The translations under genes and the position numbers were made by a program. From the sequence record NZ_CP092562.1: a stretch of 24,653 bases of DNA; one strand, written 5' to 3'. Of this stretch, positions 5,673 to 18,899 are shown in pieces. This DNA is from a plasmid. The stretch's first letter is position 1, and each line of letters opens with the position of its first letter. The notes under the pieces are model-generated. The model did not search any database, was not told the origin of the DNA, and was given only the letters and a program-made list of their open reading frames with translations.

Positions 5673-6644
5673 TTATACTTTTAAAATAGTTCTTCCTAAA
5701 TGTTGTCCTTTTAAAAGCTGATCTATCGTTTTATAGAATTCTTCAAATCCAATTTCATTGTATAGAAGTGAATTTCCTATATTCCATTCATTTGCTAACT
5801 TACTCCATATATCTTCACGGATATTATGATCAACATATACAGAATCAATGCCAATTAATTTAATACCTCTAAGAATAAACGGTAATATATTAGCGTTAAG
5901 TGAATTTCCTGCTACATTTCCACATACAGTAGCAACACCTTGATAATTTAGACGTTTTAAACCGTATAATGTTACATTACTCCCCACTGTATCTAAGAAA
6001 TAATCAAAAATACCTTTTTTAAGCGGTTTATTATCATCTTCAATTATTATTACTTGTTTTGCACCTAATTTTTTTGCGATTTCTATTTGCTTTTCTTTTC
6101 TTACGATAGCAGTGATATTTTCATATCCAATTTTATGTAAAATTTGTATAGCAACACTGCCCACACCACCTGTAGCCCCAGACACTAAAATTTCAGGTTG
6201 TGATTTGATATTCATTCCATATTTTTCTAGTTCAAAAATTGATAATGCTGCCGTAAAACCGGCTGTGCCATATACCATAGACTCTTTAATAGACATTTCT
6301 TGGGGAATAGGAACAATCCACTCTCCAGGCACTTGTGCATATTCTGAAAATCCACCTGTATGTGTCACGCCAACATCATAACCAGTAACTAATACATTAT
6401 CGCCTTCTTTAAACTTATCATTCGAACTTGATTCAACAATACCTGCAAAATCTATACCAGGAATCATAGGATAATCTCTAATTACACCGCCTTTATATTG
6501 TAAAGCTAGCATATCCTTATAATTTATTGAAGAGTATACCACTTTTACTAATACATCACCCTTCGATAAATGAGATTCATCAACTTTTTCTACTTTATAA
6601 CTAACATTTGATGCACTTTTTCTCACTACTACCGCATTGAACAT
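5673..6644 (-). CDS. YhdH/YhfP-family NADPH:quinone oxidoreductase (MDR superfamily, acrylyl-CoA reductase-like)
   Basis: 323 aa with GATGGVG in the Rossmann motif and a GroES-like N-domain. Confidence 0.75.
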   Translation of the reverse strand: MFNAVVVRKSASNVSYKVEKVDESHLSKGDVLVKVVYSSINYKDMLALQYKGGVIRDYPMIPGIDFAGIVESSSNDKFKEGDNVLVTGYDVGVTHTGGFSEYAQVPGEWIVPIPQEMSIKESMVYGTAGFTAALSIFELEKYGMNIKSQPEILVSGATGGVGSVAIQILHKIGYENITAIVRKEKQIEIAKKLGAKQVIIIEDDNKPLKKGIFDYFLDTVGSNVTLYGLKRLNYQGVATVCGNVAGNSLNANILPFILRGIKLIGIDSVYVDHNIREDIWSKLANEWNIGNSLLYNEIGFEEFYKTIDQLLKGQHLGRTILKV

Positions 6645-6767
6645 TTATTAGCCTTCTTTCACAATTGTTTTGTAGAAGTATGTTTTTGTTGCAAAACTAT
6701 TTTCCTACAAAACTTATCATGATATGATAAGCGAGTCAATACTAATGATTTAAGAGAGGTTTTAGTT

Positions 6768-7187
6768 GTGGAATTAGATAATTGTATAAATTATTTGTTG
6801 AGTACTTCTCAGAATAGAGTTTTTAAACATTTTAAAAGTTTATTAAGTCCCTATAATATTACTCCAGCAGAATATGGTGTTTTGAATTGCTTGATTAATA
6901 GTAATTTGAATACACCTAAAGCGATTGGTAATACTTTAAATTTAGAACCTTCAACAATATCTGGAATATTAGATAAGATGTCCAAAAAGGATCTAATAAC
7001 ACGTCAAACTGATAATGAAAATAGAAGAACTGTGCTAATAAACAGTACAAATAAAGCAAAAGACTTATGGCCAACATTAGAAAAGAAAGCCTATCAACTT
7101 AATAATCATTACTTCGCTAATTTAACTAATGAAGAAACTGTAGTGTTTAAAAAGATATTACTAAAGATAAATAAAACTACGTTTTAA
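6768..7187 (+). CDS. MarR-family transcriptional regulator
   Basis: 139 aa with a winged-HTH pattern (LTPAEYGVLNCL...ISGILDKMSKKDLITRQTDNENRR). Divergent from the oxidoreductase gene. GTG start. Confidence 0.7.
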   Translation: MELDNCINYLLSTSQNRVFKHFKSLLSPYNITPAEYGVLNCLINSNLNTPKAIGNTLNLEPSTISGILDKMSKKDLITRQTDNENRRTVLINSTNKAKDLWPTLEKKAYQLNNHYFANLTNEETVVFKKILLKINKTTF

Positions 7188-7455
7188 TTTTTACGTTATA
7201 AAAAAGTTGAAGTGCGAATTATAATCGAGTAAATATAAATGATAGCTTAGCTTAATTATATATTAAAGCCAACTATACTTTTATTCCCGAAAAACCTACT
7301 ATCCAAATTTCTAAGATACTTTAGCCTCTATAATAAACATATTGTAATATAATTTATGTATTATTTAGGTTTACCCTAATCGAACAATAAAAAATACTTG
7401 TAAAATGCTATTGTCACTTTGCTTGATATATGAGAATTATTTAACCTTATAAATG

Positions 7456-7498
7456 AGAAAAAAGCAACGCACTTTAAATAAGATACGTTGCTTTTTCG
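7456..7498. terminator. Bidirectional terminator downstream of blaZ (AAGCAACG...CGTTGCTT flanked by A- and T-runs)
   Basis: An 8-bp stem. AAAAAA precedes it and TTTTT follows it on the + strand. Confidence 0.55.
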
Positions 7499-7712
7499 AT
7501 TGATGAACACCTATAATTAAACTATTCATCTATTATTTATGATTTTTTGTATATACAATATTTCTAGTTTGTTAAAGAGAATTAAGAAAATAAATCTCGA
7601 AAATAATAAAGGGAAAATCAGTTTTTGATATCAAAATTATACATGTCAACGATAATACAAAATATAATACAAACTATAAGATGTTATCAGTATTTATTAT
7701 GCATTTAGAATA

Positions 7713-8633
<921 letters not shown>

Positions 8634-8661
8634 TTATTATAAATATTTGAAAGAAGGTGTC

Positions 8662-10422
8662 AAAATGGCTAAATTACTAATAATGAGCGTAGTAAGCTTT
8701 TGTTTTATATTTCTATTGTTAGTATTTTTTAGGTACATATTAAAACGCTATTTTAATTATAGTTTAAATTATAAAGTTTGGTATCTAACTATGCTTGCTG
8801 GATTAATTCCTTTTATCCCAATTAAATTCTCTTTTATAAAATTTAATAATGTGAATAATCAAGCGCCCACAGTTGAAAGTAAGTCACACGATTTGAACCA
8901 TAACATAAATACCACCAAACCTATTCAAGAGTTCACAACAGATATCCATAAGTTTAATTGGGATTCAATTGATAATATCTGCACAGTTATTTGGATAGTT
9001 TTAGTTATTATTTTAAGTTTTAAATTTTTGAAAGCCTTATTATATCTTAAATATTTAAAGAAACAGTCACTTTATCTAAACGAAAATGAAAAAAATAAAA
9101 TAGATACGATACTTTTCAACCATCAATATAAAAAAAATATTGTGATTCGAAAAGCAGAGGCTATTCAATCTCCAATAACTTTTTGGTATGGGAAATATAT
9201 TATTTTGATTCCTAGTTCATATTTTAAAAGTGTAATTGATAAAAGACTAAAATATATAATACTGCATGAATATGCTCATGCTAAAAATAGAGATACTTTA
9301 CATTTAATTATCTTTAATATCTTCTCTATTATTATGAGTTACAATCCATTAGTACATATTGTAAAAAGAAAGATAATTCATGACAATGAAGTAGAAGCCG
9401 ATAGATTTGTCCTTAATAATATTAACAAAAATGAATTTAAAACTTATGCGGAATCTATTATGGACTCCGTATTAAAAACCCCATTTTCCAACAAAAATAT
9501 ATTAAGCCATTCATTTAATGGTAAAAAATCATTACTCAAAAGTAGATTAATTAATATAAAAGAAGCCGATCTGAAAAAGCAGTCAAAATTAATTCTAATT
9601 TTTATTTGTATTTTTACTTTTTTTATCATGATAATTCAAAGCCAGTTTTTAATGGGGCAATCCTTAACTGATTATAATTATAAAAAGCCCTTACAAAGCG
9701 ATTACCAAATTTTAGATGAAAGTAAAAATTTTGGTTCAAATAGTGGATCTTTCGTTATGTACAGCATGAAGAAAGACAAATACTATATTTATAATGAAAA
9801 AGAAAGTAGAAAAAGATATTCTCCTGATTCAACTTACAAAATTTATTTAGCACTGTTTGGACTTGACCGTCATATTATAAGTGATAAAAATTCACGTATG
9901 TCATGGAATCATAAACATTATCTTTTCGAGTCTTGGAATAAGGAACAAGATTTAAATACAGCAATGCAAAATTCAGTTAATTGGTACTTCGAACGTATTA
10001 GTAATCAAATACCAAAGAACTATACTGCGGCTCAACTCAAGCAATTAAATTATGGTAATGAAAATTTGGGAAGTTATAAAAGCTATTGGATGGAAGATAG
10101 TTTGAAAATATCTAATCTTGAACAAGTAATAGTTTTTAAAAATATGATGGAACAAAATAACCATTTTAGTAAAAAAGCAAAGAATCAATTATCTTCTTCA
10201 TTATTGATTAAGAAAAATGAAAAGTATGAACTGTATGGGAAAACAGGTACAGGTATAGTAAACGGGAAGTATAATAATGGGTGGTTTGTAGGTTACGTAA
10301 TTACAAATCATGATAAGTATTATTTTGCTACACATTTATCAGATGGAAACCCGTCTGGGAAAAATGCTGAATTAATAAGTGAAAAAATATTAAAAGGAAT
10401 GGGTGTTTTAAATGACCAATAA
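8662..10422 (+). CDS. blaR1: Beta-lactam sensor/signal transducer BlaR1
   Basis: Starts [14 protein letters not shown] after an AAGGTG RBS. It has the zinc metalloprotease motif [10 protein letters not shown] and a C-terminal penicillin-binding sensor domain with STYK and KTGTG motifs. Confidence 0.95.
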   Translation, partial: KMAKLLIMSVVSFCFIFLLLVFFRYILKRYFNYSLNYKVWYLTMLAGLIPFIPIKFSFIKFNNVNNQAPTVESKSHDLNHNINTTKPIQEFTTDIHKFNWDSIDNICTVIWIVLVIILSFKFLKALLYLKYLKKQSLYLNENEKNKIDTILFNHQYKKNIVIRKAEAIQSPITFWYGKYIILIPSSYFKSVIDKRLKYIILHEYAHAKNRDTLHLIIFNIFSIIMSYNPLVHIVKRKIIHDNEVEADRFVLNNINKNEFKTYAESIMDSVLKTPFSNKNILSHSFNGKKSLLKSRLINIKEADLKKQSKLILIFICIFTFFIMIIQSQFLMGQSLTDYNYKKPLQSDYQILDESKNFGSNSGSFVMYSMKKDKYYIYNEKESRKRYSPDSTYKIYLALFGLDRHIISDKNSRMSWNHKHYLFESWNKEQDLNTAMQNSVNWYFERISNQIPKNYTAAQLKQLNYGNENLGSYKSYWMEDSLKISNLEQVIVFKNMMEQNNHFSKKAKNQLSSSLLIKKNEKYELYGKTGTGIVNGKYNNGWFVGYVITNHDKYYFATHLSDGNPSGKNAELISEKILKGMGVLNDQ

Positions 10423-10792
10423 GCAAGTTGAAATATCTATGGCTGAATGGGATGTTATGAATATAATATGGGATAAAAAATCAGTATCAGCTAATGAAAT
10501 TGTAGTTGAAATTCAAAAATATAAAGAAGTTAGTGATAAAACGATTAGAACATTAATCACAAGACTATATAAAAAAGAGATTATAAAACGATACAAATCA
10601 GAAAATATTTATTTTTACTCATCAAATATTAAAGAAGACGATATTAAAATGAAAACTGCTAAAACCTTTCTTAATAAACTGTATGGAGGGGATATGAAAA
10701 GTTTAGTGCTGAATTTTGCGAAAAATGAAGAATTAAATAACAAAGAAATTGAAGAATTGCGAGACATTTTAAATGATATTAGTAAAAAGTAA
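10412..10792 (+). CDS. blaI: Penicillinase repressor BlaI
   Basis: 126 aa, [25 protein letters not shown].... It overlaps the blaR1 stop, as in Tn552. Confidence 0.95.
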   Translation: MTNKQVEISMAEWDVMNIIWDKKSVSANEIVVEIQKYKEVSDKTIRTLITRLYKKEIIKRYKSENIYFYSSNIKEDDIKMKTAKTFLNKLYGGDMKSLVLNFAKNEELNNKEIEELRDILNDISKK

Positions 10793-10888
10793 TTAGAGGT
10801 ATGTTTCAAACATAATACATATGTAAACCATACTTGACTCTTATTAAATTAGTTTTGTTAATGACATTTAAAATATATTATTAAAGAT

Positions 10889-10931
10889 GAGAGTGTCCAG
10901 AAAATAACCATTTTCTGGACACTCTTCTTTT
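10889..10931 (+). terminator. Rho-independent terminator after blaI (GAGAGTGTCCAGAAAA...TTTTCTGGACACTCTT + T-run)
   Basis: A 16-bp perfect stem with a 6-nt loop, then CTTTTAT. Confidence 0.7.
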
Positions 10932-10934
10932 ATG

Positions 10935-11050
10935 TCTAAATAAGTAAGAATTACATAGGATTATGTGTTCAAAAACCCAACAAAAAATCTATGTTCATAA
11001 AAGGCCTTGTAATTAAGTTATGGTACACTGAAGATGTATATAGGAGGTTT
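10935..11050. promoter_or_regulatory. Putative res site / promoter region upstream of binL
   Basis: Position only. Tn552 resL lies immediately upstream of binL. I did not verify subsite structure. Confidence 0.25.
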
Positions 11051-11055
11051 GTATT

Positions 11056-11649
11056 TTGAAAATAGGTTATGCAAGAGTTTCAACTGGATTACAAAATTTA
11101 AATTTACAGGAGGATCGATTAAATACATATGGTTGTGAAAAGATATTTAATGACCATATGAGTGGTTCAAAAAGTAAAAGACCTGGTTTAGATAAAGCAA
11201 TTGAATTTGCGAGGTCAGGAGATACGATTGTTGTTTGGAGATTAGATAGATTGGGACGTAATATGGAGGATTTAATCACATTAGTTAATGAGCTTAACGA
11301 ACGAGGTGTAAGTTTCCATAGTTTAGAAGAAAATATAACAATGGATAAATCAAGTTCAACTGGACAATTATTATTTCATTTATTCGCAGCATTTGCAGAA
11401 TTTGAACGTAATTTAATTTTAGAGCGTTCTTCAGCTGGCCGAATTGCAGCACGTGCTAGAGGCCGATATGGAGGCAGACCAGAAAAATTAAATCAAAAAG
11501 ATTTAAACTTACTTAAGACACTTTATGATAATGGCACGCCAATTAAGACAATTGCAGAACAGTGGCATGTTTCACGTACAACAATTTATCGTTACCTCAA
11601 TAAATTGGAGGACAAGGAAGATGAAAAACAAGGAGAAGTATCTAACTAA
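11056..11649 (+). CDS. binL: Serine recombinase (resolvase/invertase) BinL of Tn552
   Basis: 197 aa. The N-terminus MKIGYARVSTGLQNL holds the catalytic Ser. A C-terminal HTH follows. Matches BinL as I recall it. Confidence 0.85.
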   Translation: MKIGYARVSTGLQNLNLQEDRLNTYGCEKIFNDHMSGSKSKRPGLDKAIEFARSGDTIVVWRLDRLGRNMEDLITLVNELNERGVSFHSLEENITMDKSSSTGQLLFHLFAAFAEFERNLILERSSAGRIAARARGRYGGRPEKLNQKDLNLLKTLYDNGTPIKTIAEQWHVSRTTIYRYLNKLEDKEDEKQGEVSN

Positions 11650-13063
11650 TTTTTCTGAAGCCAAACGTAAAAAAGCTACTCAAAAGTACAATATTATAAA
11701 ACCTTTTATCCTAGGCGAACAATCTTTATCAAGTATTTCTAAAAGTAAAGGGATTGCGTTAAGCACCCTTTATAGATGGAATAAGTCATATAAAGAACAA
11801 GGACTTAAAGGACTAATCTATGCGACAAAAGCTGATAAAGGAACACGTAAAATAGAACCAAAGATAATTGATGAAATTGAACGCCTTGCGCTTATGAATA
11901 AAAGAAATAGTATAGCCACAATTCATAGGAAAACCACTAATTACTGTAAAGAAAATAATTTTGATATACCAAGTTATAAACAAATTTATAGTGTTATTAA
12001 AGCGATGCCTAAGTCTGTTATTGATTTCTCTCATCAGGGTGAAAAATACTATCAAAATAAGTACGATTTAATACAAATTAGAGAATCCTCGAGACCCAAT
12101 GAAATATGGCAAGCAGACCATACTTTGCTAGATATCTTTATATTAGACCAAAAAGGTAATATCAATAGACCATGGCTAACTATTATTATGGATGACTATA
12201 GTCGTGCAATTGCAGGCTATTTCTTAAGTTTTGATGCCCCCAATGCTCAAAACACAGCATTAACACTACACCAAGCAATATGGAATAAAAATGATACCAA
12301 TTGGCCAGTGTGTGGTATACCCGAAAAATTCTACACAGATCATGGAAGTGACTTTACTTCACATCATATGGAACAAGTCGCTATTGATTTGAAAATTAAC
12401 TTGATGTTTTCGAAAGTTGGTGTTCCTCGTGGTCGTGGAAAAATAGAACGATTCTTTCAGACAGTTAATCAAACTTTCTTAGAACAACTGCCTGGATATA
12501 TAAACAATAATGATACTCCTAGTAATCTAATAAATTTTCACAATTTTGAAGAAAAATTACGTTACTTTTTAATTGAAGATTATAATCAAAAAGAACATAG
12601 TACTATTCATACCACGCCTATCAGTCGTTGGAATAGTAATCACTTTTTCCCTAATATGCCGAGTAGCTTAGAACAACTTGATTTATTATTGTTGGAAATA
12701 CCTAAATCTAGAAAAGTTCATTCAGATGGCATTCATTTTCAAGGTTTTCGATACAGTAATACTAATCTAGCAGCTTATGTAGGTGAATATGTACTGATTC
12801 GTTATAACCCAAATGATATGGCTGAAATACGTGTGTTTTATAGAGATGAATTTCTTTGTACTGCTATATGTCCAGAAATAGCTGATTACTCCATAGATAT
12901 AAAAGACATACAGCACGCTCGTAGTCAGAGAAGAAAACACTTAAAACAAAATATTGCTAGTCCAAGTACCACGGAATTAATTAAGGAAGAAAAAAATTGT
13001 GGTTATTCACCTCAAGAAACGACTAAAAACGTCAAAAAATTAAAGAGGTATCGTAATGACTAA
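11620..13063 (+). CDS. Tn552 transposase p480 (DDE, Mu/Tn7 TnsB-like)
   Basis: 480 aa from the ATG at 11620 after GGAGGA. The ORF-track start at 11525 is an in-frame upstream extension overlapping binL. Contains the DDE region ...WQADHT...DHGSDFTS.... Confidence 0.8.
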
Positions 13064-13814
13064 AAATCAAAATTTCATTGAAACGAAAGAGTATAAACGC
13101 TTTGCTGAATTTTGTGATGCTTGTATTAAATATCAGTATATTGGTATATGTTATGGTCAACCTGGTGTCGGAAAAACTTTATCGTCTAGGTATTACACAA
13201 ATTGGGATACTATTGAAAAACAAGTTAACCATAGAGGTTGGGAAGATTTAGCTAGTAAAACGACCGATGACATACTATCGGTGGATAAAATATTTTATAC
13301 TGCACCAGCAGAAAAACAATCAGGTAAATCTATAGAAAACAGACCTGTTTTTCAAGAAGTATTAAATTTTTTAAGAATGGGAGATCGTTTAATTGTTGAA
13401 TCTATTGATAGACTAGGAAGAAATTACGAGGAAATAATTCAAACAGTTAATTACTTAAAAGATAAAGAAGTTCAGCTCATGATAACGAGTTTACCTATGA
13501 TGAATGAAGTCATTGGAAATCCACTACTAGATAAATTTATGAAAGATTTAATTATTCAAATTTTAGCAATGATTTCAGAACAAGAAAGAAATGAAAGTAA
13601 ACGTCGACAAGCTCAAGGGATTCAAGTCGCCAAAGAAAAAGGTATATATAAAGGGAGACCTGTTCTGTATTCTCCCAATGCTAAAGACCCACAAAAGCGT
13701 TTAGTTTATTACCGAGTTGTTGAATTACTTGAACAGGGTAAATCTATAAGTACTATAGCTAAAGAAGTTGGTATTACACGTCAAACTATATATAGAATAA
13801 AAAATAGTAAATAA
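13056..13814 (+). pseudogene. Chimeric ORF: N-terminal roughly 75 aa of Tn552 p271 (TnsC/MuB-like ATPase, Walker A GQPGVGKT) fused in frame to the C-terminal roughly 175 aa of a Sin-like serine recombinase
   Basis: N-terminus [41 protein letters not shown] is p271. From about ...[26 protein letters not shown]...[31 protein letters not shown]...HTH, the sequence matches Sin resolvase of pI9789/pSK41 as I recall it. The catalytic-serine region of the recombinase is absent. Confidence 0.65.
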
Positions 13815-13874
13815 AGTAACATAGACAATAATCTATATAGATGTTAATCTATTTAATATCTAGGAGGTTTATTC

Positions 13875-15478
<1,604 letters not shown>

Positions 15479-15495
15479 GAAAAGGGGCTTTAATT

Positions 15496-15891
15496 ATGGA
15501 TAAGAAAACAATTTATTTTATATGTACAGGAAACTCTTGTCGTAGCCAAATGGCTGAAGGTTGGGGAAAGGAAATATTGGGTGAAGGTTGGAATGTCTAT
15601 TCTGCTGGTATTGAAACACATGGTGTTAATCCTAAAGCAATAGAAGCTATGAAAGAAGTAGATATTGATATATCAAACCATACGTCAGACTTGATTGATA
15701 ATGATATTTTAAAACAATCAGATTTGGTCGTAACGTTATGTAGTGATGCAGACAATAATTGTCCTATTTTACCACCAAACGTTAAAAAAGAGCATTGGGG
15801 TTTTGATGATCCAGCAGGTAAAGAATGGTCAGAATTCCAACGTGTTAGAGACGAGATTAAATTAGCTATAGAAAAGTTTAAATTGAGATAA
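15496..15891 (+). CDS. arsC: Arsenate reductase ArsC (thioredoxin-coupled, LMW-PTPase family)
   Basis: 131 aa, with the CTGNSCRS P-loop and the downstream Cys pair. Confidence 0.9.
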   Translation: MDKKTIYFICTGNSCRSQMAEGWGKEILGEGWNVYSAGIETHGVNPKAIEAMKEVDIDISNHTSDLIDNDILKQSDLVVTLCSDADNNCPILPPNVKKEHWGFDDPAGKEWSEFQRVRDEIKLAIEKFKLR

Positions 15892-15896
15892 TCATA

Positions 15897-15930
15897 AACA
15901 CCTCTTATTTAGTTAATAAGAGGTGTTTTG
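15897..15930 (+). terminator. Rho-independent terminator after arsC (AAACACCTCTTAT...ATAAGAGGTGTTTT)
   Basis: A 13-bp stem ending in a T-run. Confidence 0.7.
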
Positions 15931-16270
15931 CCATTTAAAGAACAAAATTTGTGCCATATACAATATGCCCTCTCTTTTTCTCATTAACGAACGTTTATAA
16001 CGCAATCATGATGAGAGTATTAATACAGTTAATTATTTGAAATACTTTAGTTTACATAATGTTGAATTATAGGTAGTGAAATTGTATTTATTATACATTG
16101 TCATATCGTTGTTTAATGATAGTTAATTTAAGGATAATAGAATTAATATTATATATAGATGAACAAAACAAGCAACAGAGCAAAAAAACACTTTTAGATT
16201 ATTTTTACTCATTCTCTATTTTATTTATTTTTGCTATAATAAATAAAGAATATTAAATGGAGTTGTTTTT

Positions 16271-16564
16271 ATGAAAAAGAAATTTGTTTCTAGTTGTATT
16301 GCTAGTACAATCTTATTCGGCACTTTATTAGGTGTAACTTATAAAGCTGAAGCTGCAACAGTACATGTAGCTGGTGGTGTTTGGAGCCATGGTATTGGAA
16401 AACATTACGTATGGTCTTATTATAGTCACAATAAAAGAAATCATGGTTCAACAGCAGTAGAGAAATATTCATCTTTTAGTGGTGTTGCTCGACCTGGTGT
16501 TCAATCTAAGGCATCTGCTCCAAAGGCTTGGGGTGGAAACAAAACATTTTATAGTCTTCACTAA
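16271..16564 (+). CDS. Lactococcin 972-family bacteriocin precursor
   Basis: 97 aa. Signal peptide MKKKFVSSCIASTILFGTLLGVTYKAEA. The mature part, GVWSHGIGKHY...SHNKRNHGSTAV...KTFYSLH, parallels Lcn972 (GTWQHGYG...HHGSKTHSATV...ASFYYNFW). An extended -10 TGCTATAAT sits at 16232-16240. Confidence 0.7.
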   Translation: MKKKFVSSCIASTILFGTLLGVTYKAEAATVHVAGGVWSHGIGKHYVWSYYSHNKRNHGSTAVEKYSSFSGVARPGVQSKASAPKAWGGNKTFYSLH

Positions 16565-16582
16565 TTACATATATTAATTAAG

Positions 16583-16624
16583 GAGAATAGACAGAATTAA
16601 GTAAACTTAATTCTGTCTATTCTC
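16583..16624 (+). promoter_or_regulatory. 19-bp perfect hairpin between the bacteriocin gene and the downstream genes (attenuator or processing site)
   Basis: GAGAATAGACAGAATTAAG-TAAA-CTTAATTCTGTCTATTCTC with no U-run after it. This is typical of partial terminators that set the structural-gene to immunity-gene ratio. Confidence 0.55.
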
Positions 16625-16638
16625 TTGAAAGAGGCAAT

Positions 16639-18573
16639 ATGAAAAAATTCAAATTATTTTTAGATTTTAGTACTTTATTATTAATTTCAGGGCTATTATT
16701 TTTATTTTTCTTCAAAGAAAATGAAGAAATTATACCTGAAAGTTCCAATATTTTAACAATCTCTAATTGGGATAAATCTAACAGTAAATCAAAAGTGTTA
16801 GATGTCATTGAATCAGGCGCCAAAAATCAAAATATACAAATAATTAAATCCGTTAAAGATTTTGATAATAAAAAAGAATTTTTTGTTTTCAACTCAAAAC
16901 GAAATAATTCTGACTTTATACGTAATAAAACATCACTTTTAACTCCATCAGATTTATTAAACAGAGAGATAAAAGGAAAGTATTATATTATTGGTGAACA
17001 TTTCAATGTAGAAGAGCTTACGAGTGAATTAAAAAAAGCTGGTTTAACATCTGAAGTTGAATACATAAATAGAAACATATTATTTTTTGAATTAGTCATA
17101 GATAATGATTTATTAGTGCCTTTCATATTCTTAGGCGTATTATATCTTTTGTACTTCTTATATGACAGAGGATATAATTTGAAATTTTATGCTATTCAAA
17201 AGCTACATGGCTTTTCAACTACACGCATTATTTTTCATAATATTCATATAAAAATCATTTATTGGCTAGTACTTACCACTATTTTCTTTATTGCTAATAT
17301 ATTAATCATTCATATAGCCAATTTAGAATTGGATTTCTTAATGTTTATTCGTAGATTTATCGTGTTGCTTTTTGTTTTTGCTTGTATTACTACATTGTTG
17401 TGGCTGATTTCGTATAGTCTTCTTTTGAAGTTAAGTATTCCATTAACCTTAAAAGGGAAAAAAGGATATAAGTTTTCAATATTTATGGGTACCTTCACCA
17501 AATGTATCATGGTGCTAATACTATCTTTTTTACTGGCACAAAATTTAAATGCTTATACGAAGTTAAAGAATATATATGACTCTGAAAAAATCTGGCAAAA
17601 GTTAGATAATTACTATACATTAGAGATTTCTCCTAATATTAGAAATTCAGAAGAAAAACAAATTTTAGAAACTAATATATACAATTTAATTAAGAAAAGC
17701 GAACAACTTGGTGGATTGCTTTTAAAGAATAATAATATAGCCAATCCCGATAAAAACAATTACATTCCTGAAAATGGCAATGTCTTTTTTATCAATAACA
17801 ATTTTCTGAATTTCTATAAAAATATAAATCATGATTTTAAAATGATTGACAATCATTCGGATAAAATAAACGTGTTTATTCCTCCAAGGTTACAATATCA
17901 AAAATCTGAAATTCAAAAAAATCACCAAGGATGGATTGACTTTCAAAAGCAACAAAACAAAAAAGTAGATGTGCAAGTACTGTCAAAAAACGTATCTGTT
18001 TTTTCTTTTGATCGCACAACTAATTTGAAATTTGGATATCTAGATTCTCCAATAGTAATGTTGTTGACACCTGACGATTTAACAGGAGATTTTTATTTAG
18101 CTGCTGTTTCTCAAGGTGGATATCTATTTAAAGATTTAGATACACTTAAACAGTTGCTTAAAGATAATCACCTAGAAGAAGAAATTAGCGGTATAACTAA
18201 TTACAAGGATTCTGTGTTAAATGAATTAAATGAAACGAAAACAAAAATGATAATAACAATAGTTACTATTATTATTAACGTTTTCATTCTTTTGATAGCT
18301 ACTGTATTTGAAACAATTCAATATTTTAGCTGGAATAAAAAGCAACTATTATTAAGAAAAATTCATGGTTATTCATTATTCAGCAGTAATGTACGTTATT
18401 TAACAATTTCTATTTTACTTTCTATTATGTTAGCTTACACTACGCATATTTTATTTGGTTCAAAGATATTACTATTCATAATAATGTCTATTGCTATTAT
18501 TCAACATTTACTTCAAATTGCTTATATTAAATATCTTGAAAAATACTTTAAAGATTTAATGAGGGAGATTTAA
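16639..18573 (+). CDS. Bacteriocin-associated integral membrane protein (DUF1430 / FtsX-like permease partner of Lcn972-type loci)
   Basis: 644 aa. One N-terminal TM, a large extracytoplasmic region, a TM cluster, then further C-terminal TMs. Together with the downstream ABC ATPase this matches the Lcn972 locus architecture. Confidence 0.65.
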   Translation: MKKFKLFLDFSTLLLISGLLFLFFFKENEEIIPESSNILTISNWDKSNSKSKVLDVIESGAKNQNIQIIKSVKDFDNKKEFFVFNSKRNNSDFIRNKTSLLTPSDLLNREIKGKYYIIGEHFNVEELTSELKKAGLTSEVEYINRNILFFELVIDNDLLVPFIFLGVLYLLYFLYDRGYNLKFYAIQKLHGFSTTRIIFHNIHIKIIYWLVLTTIFFIANILIIHIANLELDFLMFIRRFIVLLFVFACITTLLWLISYSLLLKLSIPLTLKGKKGYKFSIFMGTFTKCIMVLILSFLLAQNLNAYTKLKNIYDSEKIWQKLDNYYTLEISPNIRNSEEKQILETNIYNLIKKSEQLGGLLLKNNNIANPDKNNYIPENGNVFFINNNFLNFYKNINHDFKMIDNHSDKINVFIPPRLQYQKSEIQKNHQGWIDFQKQQNKKVDVQVLSKNVSVFSFDRTTNLKFGYLDSPIVMLLTPDDLTGDFYLAAVSQGGYLFKDLDTLKQLLKDNHLEEEISGITNYKDSVLNELNETKTKMIITIVTIIINVFILLIATVFETIQYFSWNKKQLLLRKIHGYSLFSSNVRYLTISILLSIMLAYTTHILFGSKILLFIIMSIAIIQHLLQIAYIKYLEKYFKDLMREI

Positions 18574-18576
18574 ACA

Positions 18577-18888
18577 ATGAAAAGAACTTTAATTATTGTA
18601 ACAATTGTACTATTAATCATCATACTTAGTCTGTTATTGGTTAGAAATGAGCATTTAGATCGTTTTAACCCACTGTTAAAAGAAAAAGTATCTTATGCCA
18701 AAGTTCCAAAAGATACCCAGGACTATAGAAATATAACTGTATACTCTAAAAATGGAGAAAAAAAGAGTTATAAATTGGATTTTTTAGGTTATGATCCTAC
18801 AAAAGAATATGTGAAAGTAAATCATAAAGGGAAATATGTGCGTTCGATAGAATACATTACAAAAGATATTCCTAGCTTTTTAAAATGA
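18577..18888 (+). CDS. YxeA/DUF1093-like small exported protein
   Basis: 103 aa with an N-terminal TM or signal anchor. The pattern KVSYAKV...YRNITVYSKNGEKKSYKLDF...KYV resembles the YxeA family found in bacteriocin-transport clusters. Confidence 0.45.
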   Translation: MKRTLIIVTIVLLIIILSLLLVRNEHLDRFNPLLKEKVSYAKVPKDTQDYRNITVYSKNGEKKSYKLDFLGYDPTKEYVKVNHKGKYVRSIEYITKDIPSFLK

Positions 18889-18899
18889 GGTGACCGATA

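Noticed and set aside
6112-6381. 89-aa plus-strand ORF
   Set aside because: Antisense within the oxidoreductase gene.
7190-7712. Search for the Tn552 right terminal inverted repeat and target duplication
   Set aside because: I could not recognise the IR by eye without a reference sequence, and the left end is deleted so no internal comparison is possible. Alignment to Tn552 would be needed to set the boundary.
11525-11619. Upstream extension of the p480 ORF overlapping binL
   Set aside because: The ATG at 11620 follows GGAGGA and gives exactly 480 aa, as in Tn552.
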